A stretch of 64,000 nucleotides of DNA from Vitrella brassicaformis CCMP3155 (taxonomy: Eukaryota; Protista; Chromerida). The stretch spans positions 1 to 64,000 of the forward strand of contig CDMY01000077.1 of NCBI GenBank assembly GCA_001179505.1, in the 5' to 3' direction. The notes beneath the pieces are model-generated. The model was given only the letters and a program-made list of their open reading frames with translations. It was not told the origin of the DNA and did no database searches. A program made the translations under genes and the position numbers. Within the stretch, counting starts at the first letter, position 1, and the number at the start of each line of letters is the position of its first letter. This document shows positions 1 to 11,529 of the stretch, piece by piece.

Positions 1-1072
1 GGTTTCAAGCCCTGCGCCGCATCAATCCCTCATACGGCTATCACCCGGAGGCCGCCAAGTGCTTCCTCGTCGTCAAACCTGAGCTCGAGCAGATCGCAAG
101 GGAGCTCTTCGAGCCCGAGGGGGTGCAAATTGTCACGGGCAAGAGGATCCTGGGCGGCTATGTGGGCGATGAGGGGGGGAGGGCGGCGATTCTTTGCGAG
201 AAGGTCGAGGGGTGGGTGCACGGCGTGTGCGCGCTCGCCTCTGCTGCCCGCAACTTTCCCCACACCCACGCGACAATAACGAGGTCTCTGCAGATGGAGT
301 GGGACTACGTCTTTCGCGTCGTCCTCAGCGACAAGTCCGCTCTCAGCCCCCTCCGCGAGGCCATCGCCAAGGAGCTGCTGCCGGCCCTCCTCGGCGGCCC
401 TATGACGCCGTCCGAGGTCGACTTGATGCTGCTGCCTGCCCGGCATGGCGGCACTGGCATACGTGACCCTCTCGACCGTGCCGCAGCCGCCTACCCCGCT
501 TCCCGCGCGAGCACCAAGGTGGTCTCCAAGTCCGTCCAAGGGAAGGCTCCATTCCACCCTAGCGACCATCGTGCCACCATCCGCTACACCCTCACTCGGA
601 GCAAGCAGCAGCAGGACGTCGCCCACAAGACCAAGAGGGAGGCCGCCTTACCGCACATCGACCGCCGGCGCCATCGCGTCCTCTCCCGCAGCGCCGAGTA
701 CAAGACGTCCGGCTGGCTGACCACCCTCCCGTCGACAGACAATAATACTGGTCTTGATGCTGCGGAGTTTCGAGATGCCCTCACTTGCGTTACGGCCGTC
801 ACCCCCCCGGCCTCGCTGCACGCTGCGACTACTGCAACCAGCCCCTCACCGTCGACCATGCGCTGTGCTGCAAGCGGTACGGCCTGGTGACTCGTCGCCA
901 CAACGAGCTGCGGGACACTTTTGCCGAGCTGACTGGGATGGCATGGGATGACGCTGGTGTGCGTCAGGAGGTGGTGTTGAAGGAGGGAGAGGAGAGGAAA
1001 GGTGGGGTCAGGGCGGATATTGTCGCTTGTGACGTTTGGGAGCGGCAGGCGGCTGTGTCGTTTGACATCTGC
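1..1072 (+). mobile_element. CRE-like (RLE-type) non-LTR retrotransposon, partial copy 1 (RT C-terminus, CCHC knuckle, start of RLE), one frameshift
   Basis: Frame 3 reads FQALRRINPSYGYHPEAAKCFLVV...GKRILGGYVG (end of RT), then SGWLTTLP. A 1-bp deletion near 785 shifts to RYGRHPPGLAARCDYCNQPLTVDHALCCKRYGLVTRRHNELRD and RADIVACDVW. Runs into the gap. Confidence 0.85.
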
Positions 1073-1372
1073 NNNNNNNNNNNNNNNNNNNNNNNNNNNN
1101 NNNNNNNNNNNNNNNNNNNNNNNNNNNNNNNNNNNNNNNNNNNNNNNNNNNNNNNNNNNNNNNNNNNNNNNNNNNNNNNNNNNNNNNNNNNNNNNNNNNN
1201 NNNNNNNNNNNNNNNNNNNNNNNNNNNNNNNNNNNNNNNNNNNNNNNNNNNNNNNNNNNNNNNNNNNNNNNNNNNNNNNNNNNNNNNNNNNNNNNNNNNN
1301 NNNNNNNNNNNNNNNNNNNNNNNNNNNNNNNNNNNNNNNNNNNNNNNNNNNNNNNNNNNNNNNNNNNNNNNN
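1073..1372. other. Assembly gap (300 N); similar gaps at 48257-48556, 49368-49667, 51639-51938, 55434-55733, 56822-57121
   Basis: N runs of fixed length. Confidence 1.
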
Positions 1373-2771
1373 CCTGGGCGGCTATGTGGGCGATGAGGGG
1401 GGGAGGGCGGCGATTCTTTGCGAGAAGGTCGAGGGGTGGGTGCACGGCGTGTGCGCGCTCGCCTCTGCTACCCGCAACTTTCCCCACACCCACGCGACAA
1501 TAACGAGGTCTCTGGAGATAGAGTGGGACTACGTCTTTCGCGTTGTCCTCAGCGACAAGTGCGCTCTCAGCCCCCTCCGCGAGGCCATCGGCAAGGAGCT
1601 GCTGCCGGCCCTCCTCGGCGGCCCTGTGACGCCGTCCGAGGTCGACTTGATGCTGCTGCCTGCCCGGCATGGCGGCACCGGCATACTGACCCTCTCGACC
1701 GTGCCGCAGCCGCCTACCCCGCTTCCCGCGCGAGCACCAAGGTGGTCTCCAAGTCCGTCCAAGGGAAGGCTCCATTCCACCCTAGCGACCATCGTGCCAC
1801 CATCCGCTACACCCTCACTCGGAGCAAGCAGCAGCAGGACGTCGCCCACAAGACCAAGAGGGAGGCCGCCTTACCGCACATCGACCGCCGGCGCCATCGC
1901 GTCCTCTCCCGCAGCGCCGAGTACAAGACGTCCGGCTGGCTGACCACCCTCCCGTCGACAGACAATAATACTGCTCTTGATGCTGCGGAGTTTCGAGATG
2001 CCCTCAACTTGCGTTACGGCCGTCACCCCCCCGGCCTCGCTGCACGCTGCGACTACTGCAACCAGCCCCTCACCGTCGACCATGCGCTGTGCTGCAAGCG
2101 GTACGGCCTGGTGACTCGTCGCCACAACGAGCTGCGGGACACTTTTGCCGAGCTGACTGGGATGGCATGGGATGACGCTGGTGTGCGTCAGGAGGTGGTG
2201 TTGAAGGAGGGAGAGGAGAGGAAAGGTGGGGTCAGGGCGGATATTGTCGCTTGTGACGTTTGGGAGCGGCAGGCGGCTGCGTCGTTTGACATCTGCATCA
2301 CTGATGCTGACGCATCGTCTTATGCTTCCAAAAACCGATCGACCAAGTCCATCCTGAAGCAGCACGAGACCGCGAAGAAGAAAAAATACCGGCCGGCCGT
2401 CTGCGATTCCCGCGTGACCTTCTGCCCGCTGGTGGTGACGTGTGACGGTGTGTGGGGACACGATGCCAACGTGTTCATCGCCCACATGGCTCATGCGCTG
2501 TTGGAGAAGGAGGGGTGGAAGGGTCGGGGATTCACTCATGTGTCTGTATGGACTTGCTCTCGCTTGTCTATCGCCCTCGCCCGTGCGACTAGCTACCGTC
2601 TGCGTGGGGGACGGGGGGGTTTGCGAGGCTGGGATATGCTGATGGGGTAGTAATCAATCTCTCCTCCCCTTGAGCCTGTTTGATTCTGCGTGCTCATGGG
2701 ACTGTATTTATATGAGTGTCACGGACACACAGACGAGTGTTACGGTTAATGCAAGTTCAAAAAAAAGAAAA
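1373..2771 (+). mobile_element. CRE-like non-LTR retrotransposon, copy 2 with complete 3' end and A-rich tail
   Basis: About 99% identical to 149-1072. CCHC knuckle; RLE motifs RADI...FDICITD...KKKKY and FCPLVVTCDG; stop at 2650; short 3' UTR; AAAAAAAAGAAAAAG at 2759-2771. 1-bp deletion near 1687. Confidence 0.88.
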
Positions 2772-3497
2772 AGGTGTCTGTCTATGTGTATGTCTATATG
2801 TGTTTGTTTGTTCACAGGCTCTCTGCCGTCTTTCTGAGACGAATAGTCGCTGGTTTACCCTCCACCTATTGCGTGTTCTTATGTAATGTGCATATGTCCG
2901 TTTTCGTGCGTGGGGGTGTGGTTGAGCTTTGACAGCGGTGGCTGACTGATAATGGTTCTCTTTCCTTGCATCCTCCCTCTCCGTCCGGCCCTCTTATGTG
3001 TGTATCCATGACGGGTGGCATGCATGGATGAGTGTAGGTCGCTCTTTCATGCGTGCCTCGCGCGCTGTGACGGCGTACCCACCGCGCCATGCATGTGAGG
3101 TACATTTATCGGCTCTTCCTGCACGTGCGTGCGGACATGTTTCGTGTGTGTCAGGGGGATTTGTGTGTGCTAGGACCATTGCGCATTCTACAGTGAAACA
3201 GATCGTGCCTTACCTTGTCTTAGCGTAGCAGACGGACCGCGCAAGTAAAAGCGGTGTGTCCGTCTGTCTTGTTCTTGCTTGCTGTGATGGAGTCCATCCC
3301 TCCATCCCTCCATCCCTCTGTGTGTCGACGCCTCTCCCGCCCATGTGTATATATATCCCTTCAGACTACATGTGTGTGTAGGCTGTGCGTGCATGTATGT
3401 GACACGCACCTCTCCTTCTGCATACGATATGTGCGTGTCTGGCCCCCCCCCCGGATGTATATGTGTGTGTGTATGTGTATGTGGACCTTCCGGATAG

Positions 3498-4139
3498 TCA
3501 TGCAGGGAAGTTGACAGATAGATACGTCACCGGCGCCCAATAGAGAATCGTGTTGGCGCAGATGACGATGGGCTCAATTGGCTGTTGCTCCAAGCGCCAC
3601 TGGCGGGCCTCAGTGGCGAGCAGCCGGGCCAGCCGCTTCCCCGAGTCATCCGCGGATCCCAGAGGCACCCCCGAGGCGGAGAGAAGCGGGCATGCCAGCG
3701 CTGCCACTCGGTGTCATGGAGGCCGCTCCATTGATTGAACTCACTGGTGGCATAGGCCTCAAAGAGCTTCGGGCGTAGTCTCCAGCTCTGCCTTGACGCG
3801 AGGACTCGTCCAAGTGGAAAGCACGAGGATAATTGGAGTGGGGGTTCGAGTCTCCGTCCTCTTCAATATCCGCTGCAGACCCCGATTCTCAGAGATACCC
3901 AAGTGACATGGCACGCAGTTGTGACACTTCCTCCCGTTTCTGCGGCAGTCACATCTGTTGGTCCCGCACAGCGATCCGGTGGCCGTCCCGGCTTCGTTGC
4001 ATTTCGGGCAACACCGATCAGGGCCAGCGCAGGGCGCAGGGGTACTCGTGCCTGGGCGGCGGGGGTCAGCGGCACTGCAGGGCCGTCGGTAGACGCCATT
4101 TTGCAATGCCGCAAGTGTACCTGCCGAATCACAGCTCAT
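3498..4139 (-). pseudogene. Degraded 5' part of a CRE-like non-LTR ORF (Cys-rich N-terminus plus pre-RT region)
   Basis: CCPKCNEAGTATGSLCGTNRCDCRRNGRKCHNCVPCHLGISEN, then in other frames LFEAYATSEFNQWSGLHDTEWQRWHARF and SGKRLARLLATEARQWRLEQQPIEPIVICANTIL. These resemble the N-terminal region of algal and animal RLE elements. Frameshifted. Confidence 0.5.
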
Positions 4140-4680
4140 CCTCTAGAGCTGCGGGTGTGCGCACAGAGACATTCATCCGCAGGTGAGCACACACAGACCT
4201 TCATCATATACACACACTCCAAGTCCACGCACGGCGGGGGACATAGAGGCTGATCGGAAGAGACATCATATGACCAACCTGCAAGTCTTTCGATTCGATC
4301 GATCTTTACTATCATCCTCCCTCCCCGCCGAGGCCTTTCGATTCGATCCAGTTTTCCACTATGATGGTAGACAATGGCGGAAAGGCTTGTGAGTGTCGGT
4401 GTAGACTCACTGTAGTATTTCAATGCTCATGTTCATGTTTGGTCGACTTGAGAAATGTGCTCTTAAATCAATATGCGATTGTGAGTCTCCAGACCAACTA
4501 TCAACAAGTCAAACAGACATGCCAAAGAGACATGCAAACATGCAGACCGATGTATTCACGAGCAGCCAGACGTGCAGCAGCCTCTCATCCATCCATCCAT
4601 TCAGTCAGCCAGCCAGCCAATCTACCTAAGACCACACAGGCAGCCAGAGAGGCAGGGAAGCAGACATGGATGTGTGATAT

Positions 4681-7600
4681 CTAGCATTCATCCATCTGCT
4701 GAGGCCCGTCAGTGTTCTCGTTAAAGCCGGTCCAGCCGACTGAGTCTACAATCTCATATTCGGCACACGGCACGAGCGCACACCAAGTGCGGGGCTCGCC
4801 AGTGGTGACTGGCTCATACACCGACCGGTTGTGCTGCCGAGAAAGATCCACCCTGCACGCCAACAAGGATAGCAAGGGCAATCATCGATCGATGGATGAC
4901 TGTGTGTGGCCGTGTTAGTCACCTGCGCACGAGGGCACGGTACTCGACGATCTGGCTGCCCACGGGTGTCCTCTCGTTGGCGATGGCTTGCAGGATCTCC
5001 TTCTCGGAAGGGACCTTCATCGAATGCAGCTGCTCCCATTTGTCGCTGCACCCGCCGCCCTTGGTCTTTTTCCCCTTCCTGGAGAAGGTGGCCAACACCA
5101 AGAGGGACCCCCGCCACTCCCCCGCCCCTCGCCGACCTCACGCAACTAAGCAAAGAAACACACACACACACACACACACACACAAGAAACACACACACAC
5201 ACACACAGGTGAAGGCCAGTGAATACACTCTGCTCGTGTCCCATTTGTGATTCCTGATCTTTTTCATGCATTACGGAACCGCGCATGAAGGCCAGGGTGT
5301 TGTCATACTCAACACCCTGGATGCGCACGAGCGGTCTGGGCTTCCTGGTGGTGCCCGTGGACTCGTACCAGCGATCCTGAAGCGTCTTGGTTCGACGCTC
5401 GGCACCATGGCCACGCAGACGATCTGACAGAAAGGGATATGGACAAGTGTGCATGGAACATCAAGCGATGAATGCCATTCCTCTTCCCTACTTGCGTGCA
5501 GGTCGGTTGCAAACTTGGCTACAAGAGTGACGCACCCATTCGCTATGCTGGAATGGAGGGCGAGTCGTTGGTCGGGCGTGTAAGGGACTTGCTCGGGGTA
5601 CTCGAGGCCGTCGAATGAGGTCTCCAGCACAAAGGCCGGCTCGGGGCTCTGCTGCGTGACCTCCGGCAGCTCGTCAAGGCCCAACGCCTTCTCCAGCGCA
5701 GCGCGGCTCTCAGCGTCCTTGTCAAGGGACACCTATTGGGCAGACCAGAGCACACAGACACGCCGACATGCACATTGATGCATTCGCTTGTTCAGTGTAG
5801 TGGTCACCTGAGGTTTCTTAGCGCCCTTCAACTCTACTTCTGCAGCCTCAGTGGCACGATTCCCCTGCCCTTGCCCCTCTCCCCCGTCCAGTACTATCAC
5901 GTCGGCACTCGAAGACGATGACGCACCTGCGGCAGCTGCAGCCGATGTGGATGACGGCTCGTCCGCCACGCCGAAAAGCTCCTTGAGCCCCAGGTCGTCA
6001 TCCTTGTTAAGCTCGATGATGACGCGAAGATGGCCGTCCTCATCTTCGTCGTCGTCATCGTGCTCGCTGAAACGGCCAGCCTTCTCGAGGAAGCGGCTCA
6101 GCACGGCTGGTGAAGGGAGGGGAGGAGCCGATGAGTCGTCTCGCTCTAACACACACATACAGCAGGCAATACATCGCATCAACAACCGCTGGTACGCACT
6201 ATGAGAGAGAGCTCACCCGTGGACATGTCCAGAAACTTGCAATTCTCCTCTACTTCTGCCTGCAATGCCGCCTGCCTCTCCGCCTTTACCATCTCTAGGC
6301 TCTCCTTTGAGTGCTCTTGACATTCCATGACCTCTCGCGTCTGCACAAGAAGACAAGACATATTGCATCATGACTCAAACACTTCTCTGTCCTGTCTTGT
6401 TTGTATCTGACCGAGTTGAAGAGCGTCCTCATCGTCTCGGACAACGTGACGATGTCCTTGAATCCCTCCTCTCCCATGTGCAGCAACGGATTCTGCACGC
6501 CACCAAAGGCCTGCAACATCCTGCTCACGTGACGCTTCACGATGTCCATGACGGGCAGGGCAGCCTGGGCACACTGCTTGGCGACGCTGACCGGGCTGCT
6601 GAGGTCGGGTGTCATGCCGCCTCCCTTCAGCTCCTACCACGGCTGCTGGTGGAGCATCTTTGACCGCAAGGTGGACTGCTGCTGACTGAGCATCTGTCGA
6701 ATGGCCGCGTGGCGTTTGGTGAAGAGCTTCTCGTTGCCGAAATACGATTTGGTCTTGCCTACATACACACAATGTTCAATCATGAGTGCGCACATGCAGG
6801 TGGCTTCGTGTGGCGTGGTGCATGCACTCACCAGTTGGTATGTTGCCATTGATGGAGCAGTGGAAAAAGATGGACGAGTCTTTCTCGTGCTTGACGAAGT
6901 CATTGACAGTGAACTCGCGCACATCTGGATACACACATGCATATACACCAGCACATACATGTTTGTGTTTGCACGTGGCTTGTGTGCATATGTGCGGCTC
7001 ACTGTGCATGATCGTTCGCAGGTAGCCGAAATTCAACTCCAGTCCCATTGTGGTGGCATGGTCCGTGTTGGTGATGTCCTCGCGGATGATCAGGAACATG
7101 TTGGACATGAGGCACATGACCGTGTTGACGAAGGTGATCTCGTGCAGGCCTTGCACTCGCGTCAAAATGCTGAACGCCACGCCGCACAACATGACACGCA
7201 GTGCCGTGCTAAAGTTCTGCACCACACACATACGAACAAAGTGAGAGAGAGTTTCAGATGGACTGACAACACACCAGATGCAGTGTACATGTACCTTGCG
7301 GGTCATGTACGACATGCACCGCAGCCCCGTGAAGAAGAGCTCGGTGGCGATTACGTCTGCCGAGAAGGACTCTTGGTCTTCGCCGACACGGAGGATCTCC
7401 AGGTTCTCGACGCTGCTGATGATCTCTACCTTGCGGTCGGATGAGAAGTCCCGCAGCTGCCACGTCTCTGCTGGCACACTGGCAGTAGGCAGCAGGCCTG
7501 GATCGATCACGCCGAAACCGATGGTGAGAATACGCGTGCCGCCGAGTGCAGCAGTGCGCAAATTCTGAATACACACAGAGTTTCACATCCAGCATCACAT

Positions 7601-9576
7601 ATTAGTGTGGTGTGTCAATGGTGTTTCTCTCTGAGGTCATAGCGCACCTTCACGCAATGGTGGTTGTCGTTGTTTGTCAGCAAATTGGTCTCTCTGTTGA
7701 GGAAGGCCAGGAAGTTCTCTTTCATCCACCCCATCTCCTTGCCGATATTATTTGTCGCCACGTTAACCTGCATCCACACACGTATCCACACACCGGCACA
7801 CAACACACGTATACAGACACATGCTTCTGTGTCGGTGCGTCTCACGCATGACCACTGACCAGTAAGAAGGCTGCATGCTGCTCGACGACATGCACCAGGT
7901 CCTTGTTGAACTGCAATTCCCCGTCGGCATCTGCCACACCCGGTCGAACCGCCAGGGGGAAGAAACGCGGCCTGTGGCCTCCCACTGTCCCCTCCCGCCC
8001 CTCCCCACACCTACAGTCTGCTCCCCCGTCTCGTGGTTGACCAGCAGGCACACCTTGGCATTCGTTGCCGGCTTCACTTCACCAAGCAGCTGCTTGACAA
8101 AGTCTTGCACTGTTGCCCCCTCTGGAATGGCGATGTTGTGGTCCTCCCTGCCAGGGGTGTAGCAGCCCCCGTACACACGGCCGTACCGCAGGTTAGCCTC
8201 CAACGCTGGCGCCACGATCGTCTCGTCACGGGGAAACGACACACGCGCCGGCTTCTCGGGCGTCGCCCCCACCAATGACGCGTAGTGATCGAGAGAGGTG
8301 GTGATGCCCTGCTGTGTGAGGTCGAGTGGGTTGGGGCGGGTAGGCTGCTTGGCCGTCAGCCGCCGGATGTACCGCTTCGAAATCGGTGCGCCGAGTGCCG
8401 ACCTGATATACAGCAGAAAAGCACAGAAGGTAATGCATTAGTGTTCGTTTTGCTTTCGTGTCGCTCTCTTCTCGTACCTCAAAAGGTCGTATGAGGGATT
8501 GAGCTTCATCATGATGCAAAGATGGATCAGCTCCTGTTGTCTCTTCAGGTGTTGCTGTATCAGTACACCTACCAGCGGACGAATGAGAGGTGTCTGCTGT
8601 ATTTCTCACCTGCGCATCGTAGCTGATTTTGATGCCCAACCGGTTCATATTGCCAACAGCGGCGATCCCGTGTGCGATGTGGCCGTACTGCTTCACGTAT
8701 GCTGGCGCCGTGAGGGAAAACCCATGACAGGGCACGTGGTGCTTCGTCGACCGGCCGTCTGCTAGGGTGAGGGGGGGTGGGATGAGGGGGGGTGGGAGGG
8801 TTGGGTTGCGGGCGCCTGACGTAGATGCGACAGCTGCTGCTGCAGGGACTGAAGGGGCAGGGGCGGCGGCCGACGACGGCTCTTTCCCCTGGACTGCACA
8901 TCAGACACATTGCCGATACATCTAGTTGGTGTCTGATCCGTTGTCTTCTGTTCGTGTACCGGCACTGGCTTTGGCGAAGAAGCTGGTGATCGGCTTGCAG
9001 CCCCTGGGCGGAGGATGTGGTTTGGACGGCAATTGTGTCGGCACCGTCTCTTCGATCCTGGCTTTCTCGTCCTCTCGACTTGGAGATAGCACATCCTCGC
9101 CCGAAGCGCGCCTCTGCTGACGTTCCTGTTGAGCCTGAGAAGGAAAAAGACACAGATAAAGAACCATTCACAGAACCCACTCACGAGCCGCATACCTTCT
9201 CCATCAGCTCGTGGACGCGCTCCTGCCACTCGTGCCATATCTTGTGCTCCGAGTGCTCGTTCTTTTTCGGTGGGCCGAATGGCGGCGGGTGCCTGTCGTT
9301 GAAGTGAAAGATGGCTCCCTTCTTGCTCGTATTGCAGCGCTGGCCGCAATGGCAATCAACCCACTCCCCCCCGTTTACGTCAATGGCCTTTGCCCGCTGC
9401 GCAAACTCCGGTGTGATCACCCGCTTCTCGTAGTCGTAAATCTCCTTGCTCCACGCCCATTGCTTGACTTTGAGGTGTTGGTCATGTGGGGTCATCGCGT
9501 CGAAGTCGTCTGTCGTCAAGGCCTTCTTCCTCTTGCCCGTCTTTGAATGCGTCCCGTGCTTCGCGCCTCCAATCAC
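4681..9576 (-). CDS. Intron-rich DDE transposase-like protein, P-element/THAP9-like (D-x2-H group), about 16 exons
   Basis: Spliced motifs in order: WVDCHCGQRC..HFNDRH; KPITSFF; VSFPRDETIVAPALEANLRYGRVYGG (first D); ATNAK; VNVATNNIGKE; DNHHCVK|NLRTAALGGTRILTIG; LRDFSSDRKVEIISS; TTMGLELNFGYLR (E); REFTVNDF. GT-AG boundaries keep frame at most junctions checked. Stop at 4681; first exon boundary uncertain (first ATG in that exon at 9495). Confidence 0.7.
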
Positions 9577-9699
9577 CCGAAATGACCCGAAGGGAAGATT
9601 CCTTTGACACCACAGAGAGATTCCAGAAGAACGAAAGAAAAAAAAAGAAAAGTGATAGGATAAGCCACCGTGACTTCAAAAACCTCACACTTGCTGTGA

Positions 9700-9796
9700 C
9701 GTATTGGCACAGAAGAAGGAGTGGCGCTAAGAGGATGGCAAGGGGAGAACGTATTGGCACAGAAGAAGGAGTGGCGCTAAGAGGATGGCAAGGGGA
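9700..9796 (+). repeat. 50-bp tandem duplication
   Basis: CGTATTGGCACAGAAGAAGGAGTGGCGCTAAGAGGATGGCAAGGGGA appears twice, 50 bp apart. Confidence 0.95.
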
Positions 9797-9861
9797 AAGA
9801 GTAGTACCTCTTAGTAATTGCCCTCTCGTGGACTTGCTCCAGCAAGACGTGGATGAATCCC

Positions 9862-9915
9862 CTCCGGGGTTACAGACACGAGTCTCGTTAAACACACTAA
9901 CCAACCAACCAACCA
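9862..9915 (+). mobile_element. LINE/SINE-like 3' end with (AACC)n tail
   Basis: CCGGGGTTACAGACACGAGTCTCGTTAAACACACT(AACC)4 aligns with the minus-strand 3' end of the LINE at 19968-20333, CCGGGCTTAGGGACAGGTGTCTCGTCAAACCCTT(AACC)n. Confidence 0.55.
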
Positions 9916-10218
9916 ATGCGGGTGTGAAGGCGACGGCAAGCAGAAGCGCATCGACGGTGAAGTACAGAGCCATCATCGACCAGAAGGCAATACAACAGAG
10001 CGTCGACTGCTGTCGCCGTCGTTCGCTTATGAGGGAGGCGAGATATCGCAGGGGCTCCGACACGACCACAGCTGCACACATAAAGATGCTCACATGCGCA
10101 GGTGTGCGCACACAGACATTCATGATATACACGCACTCCAAGTCCACACGTGCATGCGCAGGTGGTGCGCACACAGACATTCATGACACCCCGCCAGACG
10201 CGCCAAGCTCCGTGCACA

Positions 10219-11092
10219 GATCAACGACAGCAATCCCGCCAAAGTGGACGAGATGCTCACACTCGTCAAGCAGCGCATAGAGCAGGCCATCGGTCGTCTG
10301 GGGCTCGAGGAAGTCCTGGTCTTCGACGACGGTGGTCTGGAAGACGGCTTGAAGGCGGTGTATGTGCTGGAGCAGGGCAGTGGTGAGGAATGGCGGGCGA
10401 TGGGGCGGTTCATTCGGCTGGCCGCCATCTATCAGCTCACTCCCAATGCCACTCTGCCTCTGCGGCTGTCGGCTGATGCGCTGCCCACCGCCACAGCCTT
10501 CCACCAGCTGCCGCTCATCCTGGCCCTCTACAAGATCATCGGCCACCTCTTCACCTACAAGAGGACCAGCCTGCAGCTGCAGCAAGCCAGCAACGATGCC
10601 TATCGGATCGGCAATGTGTCGTTTCGTGTGCTGCAGGAGGGTGACATGCTCGCCGGCCATCCCTATCGCCGCGGCTACCAGACAAGCGCTCCTGCTATCC
10701 GCCGTGATGTCTGGCTTTCCCCCTTCTTCTCGTCATTCCTGGTGCGCACGATGCTCGTGTCGTGGTGGCCGGAAGAGGGGGTGGACAACAGGAGGGTGCT
10801 GACAGCAAACATCGGCCGTGATGCCAACCGCCGTGGCCGTCTGATGAGAGAGGTCATTAGCGAGCGGCAGGGGGGCATCACTGTGGACGACCGCTGGGAC
10901 GAAGGCAATATGAATCATGCCAACCCTGTCGACTTTCGTCGTGTGATTGTGAGTGGCTTCCGGCCCGGTGAGAGGGTCGCTGCCTATCTGTATGTAGGCG
11001 TGGGCTTCATCAACCTGCGCATGACCGAGGCACGTGTTGGCCATCGGTCTCAGCGGCTCGCCAACCGCTTCCCGCAGTCGATGCCCTCCTGA
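10219..11092 (+). CDS. Hypothetical protein, last exon (lineage-specific family)
   Basis: Open, GC3-rich reading frame of about 290 aa after acceptor CACAG|ATC (INDSNPAKVDEMLTLVKQ...FPQSMPS*). No recognisable domain; upstream exons unresolved. Confidence 0.7.
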
Positions 11093-11529
11093 TGTGCCAT
11101 GCTGAGCCACTTCGAGCTCGAGAACGACGTCATCAACAGAGGGAGGGTGGTGGGATGAGGCAGGAGGGACAGATATGTGTGTGTGTGTATGTGTGTGGTG
11201 GAGGGGGGCTGACCGTCTTGATTGGGTAAAGTGGCTGATCGCATTCATGAAATGGAATGGATGGATGTCGTCTTTTCTTTTATATGCATACATGAATGCA
11301 TGAATGTCCAAAGTCGCGGATGCATTCATGGTGTGCGTGACTGTCTGGCTGTCCGTGCATTCAATGAGTCTGTCCGGTCGCATGAATGCAGAACAGAGCT
11401 GGTGGACTCGAGTGGTGCCGTTCACATATATATACATTTATCTCTCAACACACGTATGCATTGTATCGGTCTCCCCATTCCGACATGGCGCATCTCACAG
11501 CAGCCACCACACACATGCCCTCTGCCCAT

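Noticed and set aside
3188-4415. CTACAGTG (3188) and CACTGTAG (4408) as CACTA-like termini
   Set aside because: Only 8 bp, facing outward, no TSD, and no partner found beyond the transposase.
9482-10180. 232-aa minus-strand ORF with a hydrophobic stretch
   Set aside because: Crosses the (AACC)n tail, the 50-bp duplication and a poly-T run; likely a chance ORF.
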